A stretch of 64,000 nt of DNA, taken from NCBI GenBank assembly GCA_000320545.1, contig ADNK01001514.1, positions 1-64,000 on the forward strand, read 5' to 3'. Positions 38,448 through 50,329 of the stretch are shown here, in pieces (position 1 is the first letter of the stretch; each line of letters begins with the position of its first letter). The position numbers were made by a program, and so were the translations under genes. The notes under the pieces were generated by a model. The model made no database searches, was not told the origin of the DNA, and saw only the letters and a program-made list of their open reading frames with translations. The DNA is from Bigelowiella natans CCMP2755 (lineage: Eukaryota; Protista; Cercozoa).

Positions 38448-39662
38448 TTCCGACTAAGAGAGAGGAAGCAATGTGTCACGTAAGCCGCTAAACTCAGCCG
38501 AGAAGCATCGATTTTTATAAATTTCCTCCCAGATTACATTGAAACACATCCCTAATCCAACGGTAAAGTAATCGAGTACCTTTTAGATTCAGAGCTGCGG
38601 TATGCAAGTTCTTTATGAAAGCATCATCTCGGGCTTCCTTTGATAAGATCCGAATAGTCCCATCAAGAAGACTCATTTACCTACTTATGGGAAAAAATCA
38701 TCCTGGTACGTTAAGGTTGATGATTGAGATCAAATTTGATCCCTGAGTCCTAATACAATCAACTCTTTAGATGGGCTCGAATTCCGTGTAATGATCAGTT
38801 TACCTAGCTTTCCGTCTCCGGTCGACGACTAGTGAGGTAATTTCAGAGTAATAACAACTTGATCACCAGTACGTGGAAAGGCCTAGGCGATAGTTAAACT
38901 TTCTTCAGTTCAATATTGCTCAAGCAGTCGCTTCAATTCGCTCATTATTCGATGGAGGCATCGCCACTCAATAGTACGACTGTCCCGATCTCGCACGCCA
39001 AGTAATCATACAAACGAAACAATAGCGGAAGAAACGAATGAATGGACCTTGGAAGTGTAGTTCAGAAATCCTTGCAGAATCCTACACAACAGCTTTGTTG
39101 CTCTCCCACGGAAAGGGGGTTCGAAGGAAGTGAGAGTCAGCACCTACGAACTCAGTGAATTTCTTCTATTTTTTTTTAAAGGATTTAACACATGCGGTTT
39201 CTTCAATATGTATCGTTTTCAAGATTGATTTGAAACAAAACCCTCTATCATCCCTAGCTGCAAAGAACGTTAAAACTCCTTACATGCTCGGAAATTTGTT
39301 GATCTTTGTGCACACGCAGCTTTGTAGAGAAACGGTGCAGACCCAGCTTTGATACAAACCAAGGCCCAGAAATACCAGAGATTGGCGAAAAACTTTGATG
39401 CGACATATTAAGTGTGCAAAAACAGAACGGAAACATAATATAAACATTGATACTCTAACATTTGGTGTGGCTGGAATTTGATCGATTTCTTCTTGTCTCA
39501 CTGCCAGGTATCCCTGTATTTGAAGATAATTACACGGTCCTTTCTAAAAGAATGTTGGACTAGGCGACATGATCAGAAGGTTGTCGTAGACTAGAAATCT
39601 CTTCCAATTACATTTTCCCTGAAAGAAGTCCATACGAACTTCGTAACCAATCGGGACTTACG

Positions 39663-41031
39663 ATGGCTCTGCCATGGATTCTCGCTTTGCCTCTCCTCCT
39701 CCAACCTACGGTAGCTTCTGCGAACCGTCTCGCTGCGCGAAGTGCTAGGACTATTCCAACAGCAAGGGCTTCTCATGGGAGGCTGAATGATGTCAGGCGT
39801 GGCAGATGGCAGACTAGAGCAGAAATCCCAGAAGCTCCAACCACAACCACTGAAACTAAGATGTCAGAGGCAGTGCCTTTCTTGGAGAGACCTTCGAATC
39901 TGGATGCATATCCCATGGCAGGAGATTATGGATTTGATCCTATTAAGCTTGCTAAGGACAAAGAGACTTTAATTCAGTAAGTAGCGCAAACAGTTGGTTT
40001 CTGTGACCTACTGCTATGTTCTGACATTCTTTGCGACGATCAAAGGTATCGTCTGGCTGAGATCAAGCACGGGAGATTGGTAATGCCAATATCTTTTCCC
40101 CTAACATTATCGCAAAAGTGATCTCTTGCTGAAAATTCGATTGGCACTTACGGTAAGATATTTTGCAGGCGATGCTAGCGGCTGTTGCATGGCCCCTCCA
40201 AGAGCTTGAAAACCCTGTCCTTGCAAAAATGTTCAACCTACCAAACCTTGTCGAAGAAACAAGCGGAAGGTTATCATATATTCATTAATAGTGTTTGTCA
40301 TACCAAAAAAGTTGCCGCTGTGCAGGTCTCCCTCTGTGCTCAATGGAGGTCTTGAGCAGGTCTCAGCTACATACTGGACTGCCGTCCTTCTTTTGACAAT
40401 TGTCATTGAGGTTGCAATCTTAACAATTTCCGTAGAAACTTTATGAAATCTTAGAAACCTCTTTTCCAGACGATTGGAAATGATAGCTGGGGCGGAACAA
40501 TACAGCCTGGCGATTATGGTGAAATATTTTGTCAAGTCCGCTCAACCTGTAGTGTTAACCTTGCAAAAACTTCCATACGTAGGCTTCGACCCACTCAATC
40601 TTTACCCAAAGGTGTAATCTAAGAGTCTATGAGCCTTCTCATCATTCAATGATAACCTGAAATTCCATAAATCAAGCTATGATATTTCTCCAGAAAAGAT
40701 ACTTCTGTACCCAGTATTTCCGTTGGATCAAACCACTTCATTATGCCATGCGTTCTTTCCATTGATTATTTATCTTAGGATAAAGCAGGGCAAATGGCAA
40801 TGCAAGAAAAAGAGCTGAACAACGGCCGACTCGCGATGATGGCAATTCTTGGGTACCTATATCAAAAACTAACTGTGAGCATTATATTCATACAGTACAT
40901 AATAAATCAATTTCGATTTCTAATTGTCATGTCGGTGTTTAATTCCGAGCAGGTTTGTTGTCCAAGAATTCGTTCGACAGAGTGCTGTAGTAGATCAGAC
41001 CCCGCTGTTCTTCAAGCCGGTTTTCTCCTAA
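39663..41031 (+). CDS. Light-harvesting chlorophyll-binding protein, LHCZ-type, with bipartite plastid-targeting presequence
   Basis: Eight GT-AG exons give a signal peptide MALPWILALPLLLQPTVAS, an Arg-rich transit region, SEAVPFLERP, GDYGFDP, YRLAEIKHGRLAMLAAVAWP, RSPSVLNGGL, PGDYGFDPLNL and KELNNGRLAMMAILGFVVQE...FS*. Confidence 0.92.
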
Positions 41032-41189
41032 GGAAGATATATGTTGTGTACGTTTTAAGTGTTTGCGCACACAATTTCGAAAACGCTGTTGGCTAGTTGG
41101 GCGCGCAGTACCCATTATGCCAAGTATAAATCATCATTCTAGATTGAGGAATGTCCTATATTAGAACATACTTTGTTAGCAACACTATG

Positions 41190-41830
41190 GTCATGAAATA
41201 TCATTGCTACGTACAGGCATTAAAGCATTAGGTTATCTAGATGCATGTTGCAGTTTTTGAGGTATCGAATGTTGAAGCAGCAGCGATATATGTTTAGATG
41301 TGTATCATCTAGATTGTAATAAAGTGTCCTAAAAATTAGACCGGTACAAAGATTTAAGTACAGGCGTGCGGTGCATTGACGTTTTGACGTGCTAGCGTGC
41401 AGCAGCAAAAACCTCACATACACAGCGCCGTGCGCATATCTAGATATATCTAAGTATGTCTAGCTAGCTAGCATGCAGCTAGCGACAGCAATAAAGGATA
41501 ATCTAGCTAGCTAGATATGCTCTAGCTGGTGGACTAGAGGACATGATCACGATACGAACGCGTTCATGGAAGTCACGCTCTAGCGTTCGGCAGACAGAAA
41601 CGACAACGTACGCACATTGGGCGCTAGCTAGGTATATAGGCGTGCGCGTAACAGTGTAACCGGATAATTTTAAAATCTACATACGCGCATTTGAAGAACG
41701 TAGGCGCACGGCGCACTACAGTCTATACAGGGCTACACAGCACATCTAGACTATGAGACATGTCGATGGCTACTAGGCTAGCGTGATAGTGCGAATACAA
41801 AGGCACGTAGCATCGTTGCATGTTAATTGA
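41190..41830. other. CTAG/TGCA-rich tract in convergent spacer (LHC + / GHKL protein -)
   Basis: Words such as ctagctagctagcatgcagctagc and gctagcgtgca. TpA loss is only partial here. Confidence 0.7.
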
Positions 41831-41884
41831 CGGGCTATTTGGATGACTGACTGTTGTATGTAGCAAAATGTAACTTCAAAATTT

Positions 41885-44800
41885 TCATGGCGAGGTAAGA
41901 TCTATGACTGCACTGTCTACACTGTTCTTCTTTCTCCGTTTGCTACTTCTAAGCGGGTAAGTAAAGCTACTGGATTCTTCGTTTTTCCGCGATGTCTTTC
42001 TTCTAGTATTTCTTGGTCTGGGAGGTATATTCTCTTCCTTTGCACCACTACCATCCGCGAAGTATCCAATGAGACTTGGCATGAAACCAGTAATTAGCTG
42101 TTCCATCAGACTCTCATGTGCTTTGTTGTGACCAAGCTCTTTGTTATGTGCTAGTTCGTGGCACATGGTTACGTACCAGGAGGCGATCGCTTCCTGACTG
42201 GACACCTTTCCGTAATGAACTTGCTTGTAATATCCCAAATTGAAGAACAAACTCTTGCTCTTGTTAAAGGCGACTGAGTCTGAAAACTTATCGAGGAAGA
42301 CATTCACAGCCTTTTTATTCACACGGCAAATCTGCCCAACAGTCTGGAGAATTTCTAAGAAGTCTGTAAGTGCTGGCATTAAATCTGAATCTTTCTCATC
42401 ATCGAGCTCTTGCCCCTCAGCAATATACAATCTTGTCCCACCATACGAGATTCTTTTCAACGGAGCTGATACGACGGGACTCTCTTCGACATACTCTGTG
42501 TATTTCTTACCACTATCGGCCCCTACATAGTCCGAACTACAATTCTTGCATCCTTTCACAACACTCTTCAACTCCTTAGTCATGGTGTGAAATGCGACAA
42601 ACTTTTTCCTCGTTCGAATTTGGGGCAATTCCTCCACCGCATCCATCTCAAAATTTTCGTCATCGAGGACTGGGGGGGTAAGATCTTCCTTTATGAATCG
42701 CTCAACTGGCCATCCTCGAGCTGCGAGTTGTTTCGCATTTTTTGCTAAGACTTGGGCCATCTGGGTGCCGACTATCTCGACGTCTGTACGAGATGATTTC
42801 TTTAAGCAGAGAACCGCGAGTTGTGTTCCCACATCGAAATAGTCCACATCTGAAACTTGGGACAGAAGATAGAGAGTTTTTGGTTGATCAGATCTCTCTT
42901 TCGCCCTCTTTGCATCGTCCAAGGTGCACATGGAAATGTCTGCAGCATCTGACTTCAGCTCTACGTTTTTGCCTTCAAAGGTCAGCTCTCGTACAATTTG
43001 TTTGGCCTCTTTTATTTTGAGCGATCCCAATATTCTCTGAGAATCTCTGACGAGGGAAGGCATATCATCGCCATTCCTCGATCGTACAAGCAAAGGGGCC
43101 CTTCTACGGATCAACGATTCAAGACTTTGAGCTCGCTCACTACGGCTTTTTACGATCTGCCGCGGCTTTGATATCATTTGCACTGCTGAGGTCAGCCACT
43201 TCGCTCCCAAGTCTTCATACATCCTTTCAAGTGAATTCGATGCACCTACAGGAGCTACCCATGGCTTTAACATGGCCTCGTATACTTTGTTATCGACCAG
43301 ATAGCAATCCGATGCGGTTACGAATTTGAGTGTTGTTTTGGCGTTGTCGACCGACTTTCTGCACCCAACGAGGAACCGATGTGCCTGAAGTCGAATACGA
43401 GTCTTCTTATTCACTTGCCTCCATCCTGATTAGATTCGCATATGTCCATTACTTCAATAAGATAGTCGACATGTTCGCAGTAAAGAATACAATTTGTGCG
43501 TGATAATGATGAGAATACTAGATATACCTTCTGCAATATTTTCGAGAAGCTGGATATAGTCTTTCATAGCGAAGCCCGGACTTCGAGTTTGCATGTTCCA
43601 AATCTCTTGATCAAGTACAGCTTCCACGAGGTCGGAGACCTTCGGATACGAGCCAGCCTTGCAAGCCTTGAGAAAGTCTGCAGCCTTTGCAGGAAGAGAA
43701 AGGGTGAACACCCAGCCTGCCAAGTGTTTCTCTGATCCGCATAGAAACACTTGAGAGGGGGCAACCCTTATCACCTTTCCGTGGGACTCAACCGGGATGA
43801 AACGGGTCTTAGCCAGTTTTCGGTAATGTACAGCCTTAAGATCACCGTCAGCATTCATTCGTTCACCGAGGAATGTCAACGCAGATGCCATATTCTCACA
43901 CAATAGTGCTCCCCGCTCGAGACTGTTCATGATATCGTCTGGGCTAGGCGTTGCTTTCAATTTTAGGCGACCAAGAATCTTCAACCGTGTAGCTGTTTGT
44001 ATAAATTCAGGATGTGGGGTATGCAGAAAAGGTTCTGCGTCTTTTAGGGCTATCTGGCCCCAACTGTAAAGTCTCCCATCACTGCCAGGAATAAACGGGT
44101 ATTCAAATCCCTCTGGGTTATAATCTTTTGAATACACCTTCTCGAAATTCTCTAAGAAGAAGTCAACAAGAGGATGTTTTCCGGAATCAGGAGTCGGTTT
44201 ATCTTGTGTTTCCAATGATGAGAAGAGGTATTTCATTTTTGGGTACTTCGAGACACCTAGTTTTTGCAAGAAGCACTCCTCTTTCTTGGTCGGTATCCAT
44301 GACAATGTGTGCACGTTATTGGAGAACTGATCAACTCCCTTCAACATCTTCGATTCTAAGCTCACAGAATTTGGGGGGAGAAGAATGTCCAGTTCAATAC
44401 AAGGTAGGAAGGCAGTCGTCTTCAATTCTTCGATGTCTTTCTTTGAGATGCGTGGAATCGATATCAAGTTCTGCAACACATCTCTAGGCCTGATGTGTTG
44501 GCTCAACATGTTCTCAACCAGCAACCTTATCTCAGGGCTTTTTTTAACCCCGAGTTTCAACAGGTATTCACTCGAAATTCTTCGTCTGTGTTTTTCCTCG
44601 TAATCGTCATCATAATCATCCTCATTGTCGTCTTCAGAATCAATCATCGATATAGTATTCGATGCATTGACTGATTCAATTTCCATGTTACGGTCCGTGT
44701 TGCCTTTCCCAATCACGGCATCACTATCATCATTGTCTAACAAAATGGAGGATGTCGTCGAACGTGAACGAAAGACCTCAAGGTCAACGCAGGGAAACTC

Positions 44801-46963
44801 CCCACTTCCATGCAGGTAGGTATCCTTTGGAAAGAGCATGTTGCTGGACCCTTTTACCGGAATACACTTTGATTTTGACAGCTTCCCAAAGATCCCGCTC
44901 TTAACCTTACTGCGCAATCGGTCTAATTCGTGCATCTTACTTGAAAGGAAAGAGTGAAGGCTCACCACTGTGTCTTTGGTTGCATCTTGGGGTATGCTAT
45001 TCCATGTTTTGGACGCCCCAGCAAACGCAGATGCCCAACTGGAAAACTTAAGGGTTTTTAGCTTCAATTTCTCCAGACGCTTTACAGAAGTTATTGATTC
45101 TAATTTGAAGCTAACAGCGCCGGGTAGCGTATCTGGAGATACTGGAACCCCCTGCATTTCAGGAGGCGCATAGAACTTTATCTTGCTCAACGGGACCGGG
45201 GAAAGGGAATCCGGGTGCTGTATCTTTATTGTCCCATCCAGTTCGTCTTTCTTCTTTTTGGATAGCTTCGGAATGTTGCCTTCAACGTACCAAGCGAGTA
45301 TTTGTGTCAGTTTTTCACTCCCTAATGGAGAATGAGAGCGTAGGTGCTGTAGGAGGTGATCAAGTTCCAGACTTGAGACAATACCCCTCCTTCTCAGAGC
45401 TCCGAAAAATCCCGAATATTCTTTCATTACCGAAGTTGGAATGACACGAAAGTTGCAGTCCTCCTTCAACAGCTCTTCAATCTTGTATTGTGGCAAGAAT
45501 GCGACATCGGAATCAATAAGCAATCCGGAAGATGAGGGAATTTGGAGTGAAAGCCCAGGTTGGAAGAAACCATCCGCAATTAGTTTGGAAACGCAGTCGG
45601 TTTTTGTCTCTTTAAAATTAAATTTTGCTAGAACTCTCAGCTCAAGCTTGTTTCTTCGTATCCACCAATCATAGAAGAGGCGAGAAGTGTAGCCAATGAT
45701 GTGTGTGAGCTGCTGATTCCATTTTGATAGGTGGGGAGACTGAAAATCGACATTTGACCTTTCTATTGTTGGGTATAAATGTGCAGAGGCATGGAAACCG
45801 CATCCTGTATTCTCATTGGTACTCAGTCCGACAAATATTTTCCCCTCATCTTTGACATCCAAATTCATGGGGAAAAGAAGTGAAACTCTTGTTTCAGAAG
45901 GCAGATTCTTTTTAAGTATTTCTCTGCACTTTTCATGAAATTTCTCAAAATTTTCTCCGTCCATACGCTCCAGCGTTGAACTGATCAGCCATTGCTCACG
46001 CTCAGGCAGTCCAGTGGCAGATACACAGCATTTTGCCACACTTACTGATTTAACTTTGAAGAAGTTGGCAAAAGGAAGAGATACCTGCCTTTTTTTAATC
46101 AAGGTCGGATTGCTCACCGACTTCTTCACTTGTAAAATTTCCTTCCCGTCAGCTTCCACCGTAATTTTCCAAAGATTCTTCGTGAAAGAAAGCGCGGTCA
46201 CCAGAAATTTCTTGAATATTTCCAATTCGATTTTATCGGCACCCTTTCTCAAAGGGCCGAAAGAGAATATTGTTTTGTTGCGATGATTTTTGGAAGTGTT
46301 TGGGTCTTTCATCCGGTGATAGACAAGCTGACTTCCTTTCCTAAGGAAGGGAAAACAAATGTTAACTAACGGGATATTACCTTAAGAGTATCTATTCTCT
46401 GCATAAGAAAATGTAACTACCATGAGAACAGCATACACGTTCCTCCAGAAGAAACCAAGGGCTCGTCGACCAGGGAAAATACTGAGTAGAACCCCACCCC
46501 GAACATGCCGACACATTGCTCATTGGGATTTCCTTCAGATATCTTCCTGTTTTTAAAGGGCGGCTCAAACACATTCTATGGAGTATATAAATTAAAGATT
46601 CTAACGTATCGTGTATGACCTTAATCGATCCCAATCCTGGTTCCGGAATATCTTCCCATCATTCGTCACCTGAATCTCCGACATCTTAATTTCGGACCCG
46701 CCGAGTTTTTGTACATCTTTGAATGAGAACGTAAAAGTCTTTGAATGCGCATCATCTGCGTTTTGAATGAGCTCTCTGAAGGTTGCATAATCTCCAGCAT
46801 ACCTTGGAAAAGGACACAATGTATTAACTAACATTTTTCGATTTTTCCCTGAAAGAAATGTGGAATAAAACCTCGCAAGCATGGTGTCGATGAGCTTTCT
46901 CTGGTTCACTGTCACATTGGAACTGACTCCTTTGCTTTTTATGTGACTTTTAAGTGAATCCAT
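41885..46963 (-). CDS. GHKL (HATPase_c/sacsin-like) ATPase with DUF3684-like body and C-terminal HExxH zinc-metallopeptidase motif
   Basis: N-terminal VTVNQRKLIDTMLAR-YAGDYATFRELIQNADDA...VTNDGKIF; IFVGLST...TGCGFHASAHLYPTIERSNVDF...WN; C-terminal AFN...LFFNL...WYVTMCHELAHN (HELAH at 42146-42160). Long ORFs 43454-46312 and 41885-43414 are joined by short introns. Confidence 0.85.
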
Positions 46964-47432
46964 GATCTATCCTTTTATCTCACGCAAGCTCTCTCCTTTT
47001 TCTTAAGTGTGATGATTGGGATGTGACCCTTCAACGGCCACCCAAGGTAGGAAGAATCAGATTAGTAAAATCTATTATTCCGAGTTCCGCATAAATATAG
47101 ATTCCTTTTTTATGATTTTGGCGTCCATTAAGTATAATATTATAGAATACTATGCAATTTCTTCTCCATAAGTAAAGCCGTGAGTATAATAGGATCTGAA
47201 GTTTAGAATTTTGAGTATTAATATTTACGACATCACTTATTGCATGTCGTTTATATAATATAGCACTCCAAAAAATATTGCACCTTCTGATGCCGATGGG
47301 ACGTAATTTTTGTGGCGACAACCGAATTATTCCGGATTTAATTCAGTTTTGCCTTTTTACAGGGCGAGCCATACACACAAACCCCCGATACTGCTTGATA
47401 GTGACGGTTGAGCGGGAAACTACATGTATTTT

Positions 47433-47464
47433 CAGTAGATCTAGATCTACAGTAGATCTAGATC
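47433..47464. repeat. Tandem duplication cagtagatctagatc(ta) containing the perfect 16-bp palindrome gtagatctagatctac
   Basis: Directly visible in the divergent spacer between the GHKL and CCCH genes. Confidence 0.85.
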
Positions 47465-48606
47465 CATCTGCAGGCCTATAGCAACTGTCCCAAAAATTTC
47501 CAGCAGAATTTACCGAGACTTTTCAGCCGTTTGTGCCGACTTGTATCATTGTCTCCCAGAGATATGCCAGAGATGCTTCAACTGAGACGTATCAGCATTT
47601 GTGTGGTTACATTTATGGCTACTATTTGATTTCCAAGTCTATTTTAATGAAAAAAGGTCTTCTCATCCTAAAATAAAAGAAAATTGGCATTGGTCGAATA
47701 TTTTAGCGACCATAGGAACTTCTCAGCAAGAGAGTCAAAATGTAGCGCCCTCTTAAGAGGCGGCCGCGCCGCTACCAACTACGACCACGAAGCATTTTCA
47801 GTGAATCACATTGTTCAATCAATAAGCTACTGGATGTAAATGTCGGTGATTAAGTTGCATTTAAATTTTTTGTATTTTAATTTTTGACAAACGACAAGAG
47901 AATATTACCTTCAAACAAAAATGTACATTTAGACTAATCAAATGTACAAATAATGAAGATTTCTCACAGATTCTCATTTGATTTGATAACTTTTGACTAA
48001 GTTGTACTTTATTTAATGTAAAAAATGGCTGAATGTTTACATATTCTCTCAGTAAAAGTCTGAGAATATTGAAGACTATTTCATACATATAACTCTACAT
48101 AAAATTCTACAAAGATATATATCATCCCTTAATTTTTTGGTATATGCTGAATAAAAATTGATTATCTATCCTTTTAAAGCCGTTTTACCAGTCAAAAAGA
48201 CATTATGATATCTGAAAAGAATGGTCGTGCCGTGCTTAAGTCTTGTTATTAATACTCAACGTTTTCAAAAGTGAAATGTCTCCAATATTGCTCTAAATAC
48301 TAAAATATATTTGTATAAAATAATTACGACTTGCAAAAAATACAAATAATAATTATAAAATAGGTTCTATTGGAGGGAATGGGACTTTTTAAATTAGGAA
48401 TTAAGTCTGAAATTTCCACTTGGATTCCCACAACCAAGACAACAACTTACCATTTAACCCCCCCTGGTCGATTTTGAGTGTGTGAAAGGCACACACGAAG
48501 GAAAATTTGGGAAGTGGACGTAGTGTTCAATAAGTAATCTTCTCGAGTTACGCTCCTTTTTAATTTTCGACTGAAAAGCGAAGGGGGTGTGAAACGTGAA
48601 TTAAGG

Positions 48607-49845
48607 ATGCAACCTCGAAGTGTTCACATTCCGGTGCCAACTGCTGTACGCAAGCAGCCGGTTTCTGTAAAATCGGACGAGGATATTAAGCATGGTAAAA
48701 CATGTCATCACTGGGCATCTCCAGGAAGGACGTGCCTTCGTGGGCCAGCGTGCAAGTTTGTTCACGCATGGATTCATCCTGAAAAGAATGGGGTTTGTCG
48801 CAACCACCTACTTGGAAGGTGCTTCTACACTGAGAATGCATGTTATTTTCAACATCTTCCTATTCCTATTGAAGAATATGAAGCACTTGCGGAAGGAACG
48901 AAGAATTACGGAGAACTTGCGACCCGGGTTCGTTCCCGCCTTTGGGAGATGCGAGTGCAACAGCGGAACTCTCAACAGCAGGGTTATGGGGGAAATGGTG
49001 CATTCAATTCTGAAGAGGGAAAAAGGAAAATAGGTCTATGCCGTCCAATTGGTACTGATTCGAAAGCATTTACGGGTAACGCGTTTGGTCAGCAGTCACT
49101 GACTGCTGGGTTATTCTCTAAGCCTACAATTGGAAGGGATTTGCAGAAACAGCCAGCTGCACCTCCAGTTGCTGTTGGACAGGATAACACCAGATTCATG
49201 GACCAAACTTTTAATCCCAGCTGGCAACTATGGGCGAATAAGAATTTTCTTGCACCTCTCGACCTTGAGAAGTCTGAAAAGACTAATTCGAGGCCAAAGC
49301 AGCTGAATAAAACGAATGACTCGAAAACCGCACCAGTATTATCCAGTCCTGCTCCATCCAAGGAGGAGGAAAAAACCTCTGCTACCACAGATCCCTCTGC
49401 GTCGACACCTCCAGATGCTGAGCCTACGACCGCTTCTTCCGATGGAAGGGAACTATACATAGAATCCGAAACTTCGGATTCAGACTCTTCGGATGAAACA
49501 CGTAGCAGTAAGAGTTGTGATGAAGGCCAGAACAGCGGTAACGAGCATGCCAACAGCGATATAAGCCCTGGAGAGTCTGAAAATGCCGAAGATCCTGTGA
49601 ATGAAAAGCCCCTTGAACAATGGAGTTGCGATGAGGTTTATAACTTCATCATGACCATTGGTAAATCTAAGAGGTGGAAATCTTATGCTGACCGCCTCAA
49701 AGAAGAAGATGTTGACGGAGCCACACTTAAGATTTATCAAGAGCCTGGTGCGCTTCTTGAAGACTTTGAAGGAATGAAAAAGGGACATGCACGCGTGATC
49801 GCAAAGGCTATTTCCAAGGCAACGAAAGTTGGTCCGAGTGCCTAG
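48607..49845 (+). CDS. Intronless tandem CCCH zinc-finger protein with C-terminal SAM domain
   Basis: Two CCCH fingers, CHHWASPGRTCLRGPACKFVH and CRNHLLGRCFYTENACYFQH. SAM-like C-terminus EQWSCDEVYNFI...YADRLKEEDVDGATL...GMKKGHARVIAKAI. First ATG at 48607. Confidence 0.85.
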   Translation: MQPRSVHIPVPTAVRKQPVSVKSDEDIKHGKTCHHWASPGRTCLRGPACKFVHAWIHPEKNGVCRNHLLGRCFYTENACYFQHLPIPIEEYEALAEGTKNYGELATRVRSRLWEMRVQQRNSQQQGYGGNGAFNSEEGKRKIGLCRPIGTDSKAFTGNAFGQQSLTAGLFSKPTIGRDLQKQPAAPPVAVGQDNTRFMDQTFNPSWQLWANKNFLAPLDLEKSEKTNSRPKQLNKTNDSKTAPVLSSPAPSKEEEKTSATTDPSASTPPDAEPTTASSDGRELYIESETSDSDSSDETRSSKSCDEGQNSGNEHANSDISPGESENAEDPVNEKPLEQWSCDEVYNFIMTIGKSKRWKSYADRLKEEDVDGATLKIYQEPGALLEDFEGMKKGHARVIAKAISKATKVGPSA

Positions 49846-50329
49846 AATGTAATCAGTGAAAAAGAAACTTAAAACAAATAGCAGTAACTCTTTTGAACAA
49901 CGAAAACGATTCTAGAGCTTTATAATAACAATTTTAGCTCACAAATGAAAGAGTTAAGAATAAACTAAGAATATATGAGTGGATATGAACTCGGCTTTAC
50001 ATAGACGATTGTAACTTCTGAGATTACGAAAAAGAGTATGGAAAATTTATAAGTGCAAAATAATGAATAAGGACTTACTACCGATGAAATAAACTAGCGA
50101 CCTGTAATTAGCAAATATGGGTAACCGATCTGATCGATATATTTTGTGGGATCCTTGCGGCGTTTGGTACAATGATATGAAACCCGTCGCAGTGTGGATC
50201 GTGGATCGTGACTTCAAGAATGAGAATTAAATTATTAAGGCAGTTGCGGTTTTTTTTCTCGTGTATCTTAACGTTTAGTTGTTGCAATAACACGCGATGA
50301 CACTTTGTCTGAAATCGAACGAAACTTTA

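Noticed and set aside
39110-39135. GGTTCGAA resembling a tRNA T-loop
   Set aside because: No cloverleaf or acceptor stem around it. No tRNA, rRNA or snRNA was recognised in the window.
38470-39430. Possible small multi-exon + strand gene (several GT/AG-like sites)
   Set aside because: I could not assemble a consistent reading frame or recognise a product.
10024-39570. TGTCGCA/TGCGACA as a divergent-promoter motif
   Set aside because: It also occurs in coding exons (e.g. ~26661, ~45500) and is too short to support by eye.
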